Assembly (NCBI RefSeq): GCF_001194135.2
Contig: NC_068999.1
Coordinates: 20,174,608 to 20,219,935 of the forward strand
Source: Octopus bimaculoides
Taxonomy: Eukaryota
Reading direction: 5' to 3'
DNA: 45,328 nucleotides
In this document: piece by piece, positions 12,998 to 26,118 of the stretch
How the letters are laid out: each line of letters starts with the position of its first letter
How positions within the stretch are numbered: the first letter of the stretch is position 1
Translations under genes and position numbers: made by a program
The notes under the pieces: generated by a model
The model's input: only the letters and a program-made list of their open reading frames with translations
Databases searched by the model: none
Told to the model about the DNA's origin: nothing

Positions 12998-13053
12998 CTT
13001 TTACTTTTTTACATGTTTCAGGTATTTAACTGTAGCCATGCTGGAGCACCGCC
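12998..13053 (-). mobile_element. SINE family A, 3'-terminal fragment
   Basis: tttacatgtttcaggtatttaactgtagccatgctggagcaccgcc matches the tail of 33205-33270 and 26880-26930. Confidence 0.7.
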
Positions 13054-15953
13054 TCATATTATTTTCATATGATGTGTACGTCTGTGTATGTATATAAGCA
13101 CGAAACCTAACACATATGAATATACATACATATGGCTCTTCGTAAAGATTTCGGATATTCTTATTCTATATTGAACATTTCTGGATCTCATCCGTTGACT
13201 CACTCCTCTCTCTCTCCCTATATATATAATGTTTTATTTATATTCTTAGAAAATAAATGTGGGATATAGAATATGGAATATATAATATAAATAGTAAAAG
13301 GGAATGAAGTATTGAATGTCTTATTGAATATATGTAATATTGAGTATTAAATATATAGTATTAATTATATAAGGACTAGTATACATTCCTGCCTCAAGGC
13401 AGTCATCAATGTTCCGTCTGATAGATAAAGAACCAGAGCGATAGTATGCAGTAACACCTAATTTTATAGAAAAATACCGTTGGACAATTAGAAATGTCCT
13501 GTAAACGCATTTCCACCCGTAGGACACACGAATAGAAGAAATGAAAAAAAATCGCCAACAATAGCAGAAGAGGCACACACCCACACACACGCATTCTTGT
13601 ATAGACACATCCACTGATCCGAAATCACGCAATACTCTGCATACATACCTGGGATAACAACACAATTCGCTCTTTAGATGTGACTTGTTCTATACGATAA
13701 GGCATGAAATTATTGGGTTTCAAATCACCACCTAGCTGTTTAGTGTCTTTTACCATCATACATTTCAACTATTTTGACAATATTTGCCCTGACATTTCAG
13801 ATCTCCTGGATCTGTATCCTCTGAAATGCCCACGTCATATTTTAATCCTATCAACAGTTGTTTTCATTTTGCTCTAATATCTGTGGGCGTCTCCAAGATT
13901 AAGTCAAACTCATATTTTTTCATACAATTTGACCACATATTTTGTTTCTTTTACCGGCCCAAATGTTTCATCCCGCGTCTTCAATCTATACATGTTATCG
14001 AGATTGCACATTTCGTTCTAAATTCGATCTGAAAGATAGCGTCGACCCTTTCGTTGTCTTTACGGTCACTTAAGTATTTCGCGTCTCTCCCCTGGGCATC
14101 ATCAACAATGAATTCTAGTTATTCTGACTGAAAATCCTCTCCTTTGAATGAAATTTTACTCTGTTTTCTGAATCCGTGAATTGTCTGCACACAGGGAAAT
14201 TTCTGATTGCTTTCAGAAATATGAAATATCAGAATAGTCTGTACTTACATTATACGTATCCTGTCTATAATATACAATGCTCCCAATATTTGCATTTTCA
14301 ATTCCTTCTTTGTTCGTGCATTTTTTTTTTGCAGCTGTTTACATGCCGTGCTTAAAGTGAAACATCCATGGCGCTTCTAACACCGCCTAACGAACCCGTG
14401 GAAATGGCGTAGATTCTGTCTGTTTCTATATAACCAAAATGTTCCAAACAAAAGCAGAACTGTAAACGCGTAAATAAATGTGATTAACTCTCACAAAAAG
14501 AGGAAGCCTAGAATAGTATCGTGTACGTGCACTGAAAGACTTTGATAGAACAGGTAATTTGTTAGTGTGATTTTTTTAGTAGAATAAACATCCTCAAATA
14601 CAATTTATTTATACATGTATTTGTACATTCCAGAGCATATTTCTCCATATACTTCTCATACACCTCTTTCTTTCGCATAAGTCTATCGCTGAATCTCTGT
14701 ACACTATTTGTGTTTTACCCTCTCATCCTCCACTTTCTCTCTTCCCCCCTCTCTCTTTATCGCTTTCTGTGTTTTCTCTCTATTTGCACGTATCTCTATC
14801 TATTTCTATTTCTCAAGATTCGCAGAAGTGTAATTTATGTAGAGACGCTGATGATTATCTGCGTCAAATAGAAATTTATATAAATAATTTTAATTAATTT
14901 TAATCTCAAATTCAAATTTCGTGGATGTGTGTTCATATTTTAATCTGAAGGAATTTGCTATGTTATGTTTACCTTTTCTTGCAAATATTTGTTCACTACT
15001 ATTACTACGGAAAAAGACGGCTTCGTACGTACATACATTTTGATCTAGTAAACAACTATAATTAATTCCAATATAATTGATTTCATTAAATCTGCAAAGT
15101 TTATTGACCCTTGCAGAAAAAAAAAAACAATCATCATTATTGTTAAAATGAAAGACTTCATGCGTCTGACGTGACGTCGAGTGGAATTGACTTGTAATGA
15201 AAGACAAACTGCGCCAAACAGTTTTCACACAGGTGAAGAACGTTATACTATTTAATGAAAATGAGTATCAAAATAGGGAGTCTTCTGTAAGTTCGAGAGC
15301 ATGAAATTAAACCCAGTTGATTATTCTCGCACTTGCCATTTCTTCCCAAGTATTCAATACATACGTGATTGTCGTATTAGTATTTTGGTTCAATAAATTG
15401 CTGAAAGATATCAAATATATAATCAAAAGATACTGATTGGCAATATTTGCTCTATGTGAATACGAGGCAATGGATTTACCTGATTTCAGCAAATCACCTT
15501 ATCTGGAATGAGGATTTCTGACTTCATGACAACCATAATGACAACCTGGCGATCCACAAATTGCTGTTCGCTTAAACAATCCCCAATCGTTTCACATAAT
15601 TCAATTCACTACTTCACAGCAAGCACAAAGACTAAGATACGTTCAATGACTTAATATGACGTGCCAGCATGTAGAATTATTGTTGTGCCATCACTTTCTA
15701 TCCTACTGTACAGACGAAAGAAATGAGTAATTGTAGAGAGCTAAACTGACTTACGTTTTTAAACATGTTCGTTTGGAGAATATATAATATATATGCCAGT
15801 CAATACGAATAATTATTTCGTCTCCATCTACATAAGTTGCGTGTCTCAAGTTCATCCCCTTTTCAGGTTTGGATGAAGCATTGTAAATCCCTTTGTGACG
15901 ATTTCAAATTTAATTCTAAAACATATATACCAGTATCCAATAAAGTACACAAT

Positions 15954-16188
15954 GGAAGCGCGTGGCTTAGTGGTGACGATGTTGGATTCATGATCGTAAG
16001 ACTGTCGTTTCGATTCCTGAACCGACCGTTGTGTTCTTGGGAAAAACATATTGCTGTAGTCCACCCTGCTGTCAAAAATAAGAAATCCTCCGACGAACGA
16101 GCGTCCTCACCAGGTGAGGAATATATATGCTATGAGATCAGGAATCCGGTCCTTATGTGTCTGAATGACTTGAAAAGGTAACTTTACC
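15954..16188 (+). mobile_element. tRNA-derived SINE family C
   Basis: Pol III A-box TGGCTTAGTGG (15963-15973) and B-box-like GTTTCGATTCC (16007-16017) at tRNA-like spacing, followed by ttgtgttcttggg body and a non-tRNA tail. Confidence 0.75.
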
Positions 16189-16741
16189 ATCATATTTTAA
16201 ATAGACTATTACAATTTACAATACAGCCTTCCTGAATAAGCCCAATGATTTAACTGTCCATATACTCCTAATATCCTGCCTTGCTCAACCTAAATGAACT
16301 TTGGCTGATAGATTCAGTACAGAAGTTTTGAAGAATGCATCATATAACCTCAACATATTAGTGGCGTGAATGAATACGAATAACTCCAAGTACACAGCAA
16401 GATGGCATTCGTTTATATATGTTTTGGCAGAACATGGCGTTCCTGATCACGTATTTTTCCACAAGATCAATCCACATAAGTATGTAGGGCTAACGCCGTT
16501 GTTCTTTATTTACTTTACTCTAGGTATTGGTGATAACGCTCCTGGAGAACATACTAGAAAAAACAGAACAGGATTTCTGGGAGAACTTCCATTTAAATTT
16601 ATATCGAAGATCAGGTTTTTAAATACACTCATCACAAACACGAATTACAGAATAGAAAAAGATGATTTCAATTGAATTTGACCCGTAATTTTGCACGTGC
16701 ACATAGCAAGAAATAGCATAATTCATACAGAAATTTTACTT

Positions 16742-17066
16742 AGGGAGAGAGAGAGAGGTAGAGAGAGAGAGAGAGGTAGAGAGAGAGAGAGAGGTAGAGA
16801 GAGAGAGAGGGAAAGAGAGAGAACAGAAGAGAGAGAGGGGGAAAGAGAGAGAGGGAAAGAAAGAGAGGGAAAGAGAGAGAGATGGAAAGAGAGATAGAGA
16901 AAGAGAGAGAGAGATAGGGAGAGAGAGGGAAAGAGTGAGAGAGGGAAAGAGAGAGAGAGGGAAAGTGAGAGAGAGGGAAAGAGAGAGAGATAAAGAGAGA
17001 GAGAGGGAAAGAGAGAGAGGGAAAGAGAGAGAGAGGGAAAGTGAGAGAGAGGGAAAGAGAGATAGA
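16742..17066. repeat. Degenerate GA-rich repeat (GA runs punctuated by GGTA/GGGAAA)
   Basis: Directly visible purine-only strand over about 320 bp. Confidence 0.95.
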
Positions 17067-17219
17067 ACGTGTGAGTATGTGTGACTCTGTGTGTGTGTGA
17101 GTTTATGTGTGTATGTGTGTGTGTGTGAGTGTACCAAAGGAAGGTATTTTATAGCATTTTTTCATTTGAAGCAGGAAAGTTGTCAGCTCGATCATATGTT
17201 CGGTCATATGGGATCATAT

Positions 17220-17397
17220 GATTGTTCGTTAATTTGCGCAAAATTATTTTATTTCATCGTGCTTTGAAAAGAGCAGAAATTGAAAGAGAAATTGAAAAGG
17301 TGACATTTCCTTTGAAGTGAGAGAAAAAAGTGAAAGAGATGAGAAAATGGTAATTAAGGATGTATGTACGTGTATATGAAATGGATGTGTGTGAATG

Positions 17398-17435
<38 letters not shown>

Positions 17436-18181
17436 GAGAGAGAGTAAGTGAAGGTGTGTGTTGTCATGGAAGTATGTTTTACATGTATGTGTAAGTGGCA
17501 CTCACTCTCTCTCTCTCTCTCTCATACACACATACACACACAGAAACACACATATCTTTCAAACACTCGTACATAAATACATATGCATAAATACATGTGC
17601 ATGTGAGAGAGAAATTGAGTGACTGTATTTCCTCATAATATAGAGAAATGTATGTCTTTTAAGGTACACGGTCATATTGAAAATGTGATGTCGTCCTCGT
17701 GGTATAAAATGTCGTTTAGAATAGTTGAATTATAGAAAGATTAAAATATTAAATTGTTGTAATGCAAATACGTAAATGAAATAAAGTTAATTTGTTAGCC
17801 GAAATATTTCTGAATCTTCAAATACCGCATACGTCAACATCGGCAACTCTGTTTTCGAAGGTATTTGTTAATTTCCGTACACAAATTTTTGCATCCTTAT
17901 ACTTTGAAGAGAGCAGGAATTGAAAGAGAAGAGAAAGTGAAACTGTGACATTTGCTTCGAAATGAGAGCCCAAAGTGAAAGAGTGGAGAAGTGAAAAATG
18001 TATGTATGTGTATATGAAATGGATGTGTGTGTGTGTGTATGTGTGTGTATGTGTGTGTGCATGTGTGCGTGGATATGAAATGGACGTCTGTGTGCGTGCG
18101 TAAGAAAGAGGGAAGGAGAGAGTGAGTGAGTGAATGAGTGAGGTTGTCTGTTGTCATGTATGTGTAAGTGGTACACACTCG

Positions 18182-18226
<45 letters not shown>

Positions 18227-18565
18227 ACACACACACACACACATCTTTCATATATGCATACATAAATACATATGCATACATCTTTTTTGTATATATGTTT
18301 GCGTGTTGATGTGAGAGAGATAGAGAGAACATAAGTGACTGTATTTCCTCATAACATATAGAGAAATGGATGTATTTTAAAGTATACACTCGTATGAAAA
18401 AATCGTTGTCGTTGTCCTCGTGGTATAAAATGTTTAGTATAGTTCACTTATAAAAAAATATTATAATGTAAAATTTTTTAATGAAAATGAAGTTTATTTG
18501 GTAGACGTAAGATTATTGAACCTTTTGAGACCCCATAAGTCAGAATCAGCAACTCAGTTTTCGAA
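17220..18565. repeat. Diverged tandem duplication; copy 1 about 17220-17859, copy 2 about 17860-18565
   Basis: Collinear shared blocks: tttgaa.agagcag.aattgaaagagaa, gtgacattt, tatatgaaatggatgtgtgtg, ttgtcatg, gtgactgtatttcctcataa, gtcctcgtggtataaaatgt, gcaactc.gttttcgaa. Confidence 0.85.
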
Positions 18566-18933
18566 TGCATAAGGAAAATACGCGCGCACACACACATACA
18601 CGGACACACGCACGCGCACATACAAACTCACTTTTCTGTATATATGTATATATTCGGTACATATTCTCTGTGTGTCTATATCTTCATGTCTCCTCGACTT
18701 CGCTGATATCAGCCACCCTCATTATGCTACATTTCCCTGAATCTAACATGTTGCACCTCTTCATTTTACCTTGTAATAGCTCAAGCCCCGTAGTCAGTCC
18801 ATTATCGATTTTTATTGAAATCCAATTTGCCTATAATTGAACTTTAATAAAGATTAGCTCCCCGGCTTGAAGAACAAGATGGTAACAGGCATGCAGAGAG
18901 ATAGACAGACAGAAATTGCCATTTATATATAAG

Positions 18934-18977
<44 letters not shown>

Positions 18978-19021
18978 NNNNNNNNNNNNNNNNNNNNNNN
19001 NNNNNNNNNNNNNNATATATA

Positions 19022-20290
19022 CCGGGTGCGTAAGGTATTTGAGGACATAGCTTGTTAGGGTCATTGCTGCATTTTGCTCACTCAGTATAATCTTTGTTTC
19101 AGACAATAATAATGGCAGACCCTCAGCTTACACGAGAAATAAAGAGATATTCTGTTATTGTGGTTATAAAGGCTGAGCATAGCGATTTAGAAATATATCG
19201 ATTTTTAAAGATTGCCAGATGTATCGTCTACAAAGTTTGTAAGGAGCTAGAGACTGAAGTTTAAAACGTATCACCAGTATCAAAGAATAAAAATGTATTC
19301 TAAACGCTCCGAAATCATCAAAACACCTGAATCTATTCAGCAAATTCAACGGACCGTTGATTATAATCCTAGAAAATTCATGAGGTCAATTGCAAAAGAT
19401 GTCCATGAGTCAGAAGGGACTGTCAGACATGTTGTGCATGAGACATCGGATATAACTTTAATATGATGAGGACAGATCAATTTATCAGAAAACGAAAAAG
19501 TAAATCACTACATCAGATGTAAAAGGCTCTTAAACAAACTGAAACATCCAGCAGAAGATTTGATTTAGATTTTCTCAAAACTTTGACCATGATCAAAAAG
19601 TTAACAGAATATATGACAGATGGTTATGTGCAGGCAGACGCTTCTAAAGTTCCAAGTGTTATGCATATAAAATTTCCTGCAACTACCATAGTTTTACGGG
19701 TTGTTAACAATGAAAGACACGTGGTGCCCCCTTATCACTTCTTTTCACGAGCCCTTAGAATTAACTCTGCCGTCTACATTAAGGCCCCGGAAATACCTGT
19801 TAAGCCCTGGATAGCAATGGAAGGCCATATGTGTTTCAGTAAGACCCTGCACTATCACACATGGCTCTAGTATCACAGGAATGGATGACTGGAAATATTC
19901 ATGATCAAATAACCCTTAATATTTGGCCTCCTAACCCTAACACTAACCCTAACCCGGATCTTAATCGATTGGACTATTACATATGGAGCATTGTTGAGAG
20001 AGAGGTCGATGAACACGCCCATAACACCAAATTTTCTTTGAAAGCTGCCATAGCCAGAGTAATGTCCCAAATAAACCAGGAAAACTTGATTCGAGCATGT
20101 AGATGATTTAGATCTGATATAGAAGCAGTTGTTGAAACTGAAGGTGGCTTTATTGAATAACATTATATACAAAAAATGGTTTATTCTTTGATCGTCATAG
20201 GTATTTTCTTATAAGTAAATTTATTATCTGTTATCATACATCTGTTTCTTTTTAAACATAAATCTGTCCTCAAATATCTTAAGCACCATG
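19022..20290 (+). mobile_element. Full-length degraded Tc1/mariner transposon of the DD37D (maT) family, 1269 bp
   Basis: TIRs 19022-19047 (ccgggtgcgtaaggtatttgaggaca) and 20265-20290 match at 22/26; TA on both sides (19020-21, 20291-92); contains a transposase pseudogene. Confidence 0.93.
19112..20160 (+). pseudogene. DD37D transposase pseudogene
   Basis: Fragments across frames: MADPQLTRE.., VIKAEHSDLEIYRFLKIARCIVYKV, NPRKFMRSIAKDVHESEGTVRHVVHE (HTH-like), DHDQKVNRIYDRWLC, VMHIKFPAT, RPYVFQ*DPALSH, WPPN(+5 aa)PDLNRLDYYIWS, RACR*FRSDIEAVVETEGGFIE*. D2 (19843-45) to D3 spacing is 37 once the insertion is removed. The first catalytic D is lost in a small deletion. Several stops and frameshifts. 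Confidence 0.92.
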
Positions 20291-21141
20291 TATATGCATA
20301 TATANNNNNNNNNNNNNNNNNNNNNNNNNNNNNNNNNNNNNNNNNNNNNNNNNNNNNNNNNNNNNNNNNNNNNNNNNNNNNNNNNNNNNNNNNNNNNNNN
20401 NNNNNNNNNNNNNNNNNNNNNNNNNNNNNNNNNNNNNNNNNNNNNNNNNNNNNNNNNNNNNNNNNNNNNNNNNNNNNNNNNNNNNNNNNNNNNNNNNNNN
20501 NNNNNNNNNNNNNNNNNNNNNNNNNNNNNNNNNNNNNNNNNNNNNNNNNNNNNNNNNNNNNNNNNNNNNNNNNNNNNNNNNNNNNNNNNNNNNNNNNNNN
20601 NNNNNNNNNNNNNNNNNNNNNNNNNNNNNNNNNNNNNNNNNNNNNNNNNNNNNNNNNNNNNNNNNNNNNNNNNNNNNNNNNNNNNNNNNNNNNNNNNNNN
20701 NNNNNNNNNNNNNNNNNNNNNNNNNNNNNNNNNNNNNNNNNNNNNNNNNNNNNNNNNNNNNNNNNNNNNNNNNNNNNNNNNNNNNNNNNNNNNNNNNNNN
20801 NNNNNNNNNNNNNNNNNNNNNNNNNNNNNNNNNNNNNNNNNNNNNNNNNNNNNNNNNNNNNNNNNNNNNNNNNNNNNNNNNNNNNNNNNNNNNNNNNNNN
20901 NNNNNNNNNNNNNNNNNNNNNNNNNNNNNNNNNNNNNNNNNNNNNNNNNNNNNNNNNNNNNNNNNNNNNNNNNNNNNNNNNNNNNNNNNNNNNNNNNNNN
21001 NNNNNNNNNNNNNNNNNNNNNNNNNNNNNNNNNNNNNNNNNNNNNNNNNNNNNNNNNNNNNNNNNNNNNNNNNNNNNNNNNNNNNNNNNNNNNNNNNNNN
21101 NNNNNNNNNNNNNNNNNNNNNNNNNNNNNNNNNNNNNNNNN

Positions 21142-21176
<35 letters not shown>

Positions 21177-22748
21177 ACAGTTAACATATTTACGTGAACA
21201 TTCATACATAAATTCGAGTATACTTTACTTGATAAAGATTCATCTATATATATATTAGTATTAAGATCATTTTCTCTCATTCGATGGAGGAAAATAGCTA
21301 AACGAAGACCTTGAGACATCAGTTCGCTAGTGTATATTCGGATTCGGAAGTTATACGATTGTAGACTTGAAGCCTACTAATAAATGGGTTTAAAAAAAGC
21401 AACAGAATATAAAAAAATAAACTTCACAAATTATATAAGGTAACCAATCTATGCTTCCAAATCATATAAGTCTCTGCTCATTAGTGTGCTAAAGAATACG
21501 CATGAAGTTAGCCTCACGTTACTAAGATAATAAATTTTCCCAGCAAAATATCTGATCTTTACAACGTCTCGTTAACAATGATGCTACTCTGAAACATACT
21601 TTCAATGACATCTTTCGTTCTGCGATAATGAAGGATAATCCTCGAAAAGGAAATATTTAAACGAAATTAAGTAACGTTTGGTGACCAGTTTTCTTTTCAT
21701 ATATTTTTTTCATTTTTCTTCCTCCATTTTGATAGTTTTCTATATTTTCTCTTTATTTATATTCGTTTCTACTTTTTTCTTTTGTTTTCATTTTCATTGC
21801 TCACAGTAATATATAGGAGAATACTATAATGGCTTTTATGTGTTAATATGTATCAAAAGTCGCTGGTAACTCTATAGAATCGCGTCAATTATTGGCAGAG
21901 GATACAGAATGTCATACTTCTTTAATTGCACTGGGCGTTCTAGAATTCCTTAATGAACAAACATTATCATTGCTAAGAAAAGAAAGTAAAAATATGATAT
22001 TCATAGCAATAATGATGTGATGTTACTGTAATGCGTTTTAGCACGCAATATTTTACTATTTATCCATATTCAGTGATTCAAATTCAACATGCAATTTTCA
22101 TGAATGAATGAATGAATGAATGCCTTAAAATGACACCCACATATTCGATTTAATGTTCTTCGTTGAACATTGATTTCAATTCTCGCTTTCGCTCTTTCTC
22201 ACTTTCAATGCCATATATGTATGTATGATACATATGTACATTTGTATATGTATATGTATATGTGTGTGTGTGTGTGAGAGAGAGGGAGAGAGAGAGAGAG
22301 AGAATATGTGTGCGTATGTGTGTGTGTGAGAGAGTGCATGTGCGTGCGTGTGTGTGTGTATTTATATGCGCCTTTATGTATCATATATGAATATATATAG
22401 TTATATATAGTTATATATCACAATATTATAGCTAAAGACATTTGCTATTTGCCCACCACATTATACTTTTCTATCATTCAGACAATGACATTTTATAAAT
22501 ACCAAGAGTCAGCCCTGAAGTAATATCTAATATATAAGCCGTTATGTCATATAAACATAGCGTAGCACAATTGTTTCTAGTGTACGTTTTGTTGTGTTTT
22601 TATACCCAGGCGAGTCCTGATCCAGCAGACATGTATTCAATGGCGTTCCATGTGTCTTTCCTTTTATCTAACTGGTATGTGTGATTTTAGAGATATCATT
22701 ATGTCATTTTTGAAATATCAATATGTAAATCCGTAGAATTTTAACAAT

Positions 22749-22954
22749 AGCATCGCACACAGTGAATTTAGCAATTTCACCCCTCTTTACGTTTTGAGTT
22801 CAAATTCCACCGAAGTCGACTTTGTTTTGTTTTGATTTTATTTTTCGGTTCAGCGTCGATGAAATAAATACTAAATCAGCACTGAGGACGATGTAATCGA
22901 TTAAACCTTCCCACGAAGATTTCTAGCCCTGTGCCTGTAGTAGAAGCAATTATT
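22749..22954 (+). mobile_element. SINE family B, diverged copy
   Basis: tacgttttgagttcaaattccaccgaagtcgactttg, gacgatgtaatcgatt, gccctgtgcctgtagtagaa; homologous to 12058-12244. Confidence 0.75.
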
Positions 22955-24281
22955 GTTATTTATTGTTGATGATGCTGTTTATTTGTTATATTGAGAGATA
23001 ACAATTGATTAAATCAGGCTTAGTACTTTACTGACATCTATTTGAACTAACTTTCATCAATGATATCTCATATCGAAAAAGAAAGTGAAATTCTAATAAT
23101 AATAATTATACTTTGCAATTTCTGCTATCTACTGTCTGATAATAAAAGTTTCTTATTTAGATTAATGGTTACAAATTTTAAGGAGTGTGTTTCACGTTAA
23201 TAAATCAACTCTAATTTCCGGTATATATGTTCTTGTTGACCAAATGTAATGTTATTCTCGGTGTGATTTGAACCCAAAATGTAAACGGTTGGAAACATAT
23301 TCACATTTCATTGAACAAAACACCAAACATCTAACCAAAAAAAGCTAATATGGAAATAATATTTCTAATTTCTTGCATTATTAAAATAATGGTGCATAAA
23401 ACACATGCACCCGAATGTGAGCGAGATAATCTTTCAAAAATCTTGAATTAAACTGTTGCCATCGTGATAATATCAAAAACTATTAAAACGGTTAAAAAGA
23501 GAGAGAGAGAAAAATGGATTGACACAAATATTATTTCATATGCTCTCTCACTAATATGAAAAAGACCTCCCATAATGATAATAAAAATATAAACCGTGAA
23601 GCGATTGTCTTCCCTTGAAAATAATCTTCATCTCTCTTAGTAAACTCTCCATCTCTATTACCACAAAAGCAACAGTCTCCAGTTAAAAGTTTCTCAAATA
23701 TTGATTTTATTAGCTATAAATATTTAATGAGAGTACAATAGGGGAAGAAACTATTAGGACCGTAGCTCGTTTTCACATCCCATTACTCTGTATTCACGCA
23801 ATGTATTATGAAAAACTAATAAACATGGAATAAAATTGTATAAAGTTAATGATATTAGATGTTCCAAAGGATTGCTTACCACGAGACGATGAAAGAACTC
23901 AACAGATCACGTGCGTCCCCCCAGATCTTTTCTCTACTCCAACAAACCAGCGAGGCAAGGGAAATTTTCCTGCCTTTCTCGGTTAATTTTTTGACGATGA
24001 GTCGATGAGTTTTATAAATTTGGGTGAATGCTGGAACTTTCTTAAACGCTACAATAGGTATTTGATATAACCCCGTAAGTCAGTAATGTTTGGACAATGA
24101 ATGAGAGCGTGGAGAAAGATAGATCGATTTCGAGGGACCACGGATAGGCTTCGTTGGCGGTGCTGTCGTGCTTGTAGAGTTTATTCCAAATGAGCAGCAC
24201 CTACTATTAGATCAAACAGCAATGGAATGTATGGAAATCTGCCATAAATAATTTCTGACTGTTCTCTGGGGCGGGCACCTC

Positions 24282-24358
24282 TTATTCATCTATGTGGAGA
24301 TCTAGACTGTCCCCTACATCGTCGTCATTTTTGAATGCACTGGCTGAGGTACAGCTGA
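24282..24358 (-). CDS. Candidate terminal coding exon of an unidentified gene
   Basis: A long polypyrimidine tract ((CTT)n on minus) and ttttctag| precede (x)SCTSASAFKNDDDVGDSLDLHIDE*, an acidic C-terminus-like peptide. No upstream exon identified. Confidence 0.2.
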
Positions 24359-24374
24359 CTAGAAAATGAAAACG

Positions 24375-24484
24375 AAAGGAAGAAGGAGAAGAAGAAGAAG
24401 AAGAAGAAGAAGAAGAAGAAGAAGAAGAAGAAGAAGAAGAAGAAGAAGAAGAAGAAGAAGAAGAAGAAGAAGAAGAAGAAGAAG
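24375..24484. repeat. (GAA)n microsatellite
   Basis: Directly visible. Confidence 0.98.
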
Positions 24485-25099
24485 AGTTATAATGGAGATA
24501 GTCGTCTTGTTTTGCTTTTTTTTTTTTTAATCCAAGACTGATCTATGAAAATTAAAGTAACGTTGACGGTCGTTATATTGAGTTTGAAGCTAATTCAGAT
24601 CACAAGAAATATTCAAGACAATTCCCCATTCAAATTTCATACAGACACAGAGAAACTTTCTACATCTCTAAGGCCGCAGCAATGCCGCATTATACGTTAA
24701 CATTCAGACGTTTTTTTCTTTTATTTTTCATTTCCATTACCGACGGGACTCTAACTATAATATTCGAATCTATCACTAAATTTTCTAGAAAAATAAAACC
24801 AAACCTTTGCGCAATTTTTCTCATATCTCATGGGTGGCTGTCATAAATAAATAAAAACTATGTAACTTCTCGATCTCCTTCCTATCTGGCAACAATTTCT
24901 ATTAGATTTCATCATGTAGGAATATACATTAAATATTGAACTGCAAAAAGAGGTAAAAAGATATATTTTGATAATAGTGTAAGAGATGAATACTTAGAGT
25001 AAATAGTGCATAATTGTCGTATTATTTCTCCTTATATACCTTCGGCCTTGTCTCCTTATATACCTTCGTCATGATCGTCTTGTTTTGCTCCAGTTAAAG

Positions 25100-25334
<235 letters not shown>

Positions 25335-26011
25335 TTTCTTCCTCCTCCTTCTATTCCTCCTCTTTGTTCTTCTCTTGGCTTTATTATGATTAGTATCAGT
25401 ATTGTTTGTACTACTGCAACTAATACTACTAATAATTTTATTGTTTGAATAACGATTTTATTTTTTTTTTTCAGTTTCTAATCACAAGAATTTTATATCG
25501 AACAATTTATAGATGCTGCAAAGAAAATGGTAAACAGGAATTTCATATGATCTTTCAATAATTTGTTGTTATATTCTGTTTTTCTTTGTTGGCGTTCTTG
25601 TTCATTTCAAAGACTTCGAAAATAAATACTTAGAACAACATCACAAAGATATAGACGAAAAAACGAAAAAAAAAAAAAAAACAGAAACGATATGTCTTCA
25701 GATGTTTCCTACGTTAGAAATTATATTAAAAATTTAATCATTATAGAGATATGCTTTAATATATGTGTGTTTCTTTTCTTATTTTCTTTTGTTTCAATTT
25801 TTCCTTTCAAATATAATTAATTAATAGGAAACGTTATAGTCAGATGAACTTTGATAACTCCTTCTTCTATCTCTCTCACCCCGTACACACGTACATACAT
25901 ATATATGTGTGTGTGCGTGTGCGTGTATGTGTGTGTTTGTGAGTGTACTTGTGTGTGTGTGTGTGTGCATGTCTGTCTGTTTCCTATATATAAATATACA
26001 TATATATACAC

Positions 26012-26055
<44 letters not shown>

Positions 26056-26077
26056 GAATACGTATACATAGATATAC

Positions 26078-26118
<41 letters not shown>

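Noticed and set aside
14841-14862. CTGATGA inside a small GACGC/GCGTC hairpin
   Set aside because: No stem II-GAAA-stem III arrangement.
25027-25068. 18-bp direct repeat with period 24
   Set aside because: Two copies only; an ordinary slippage duplication.
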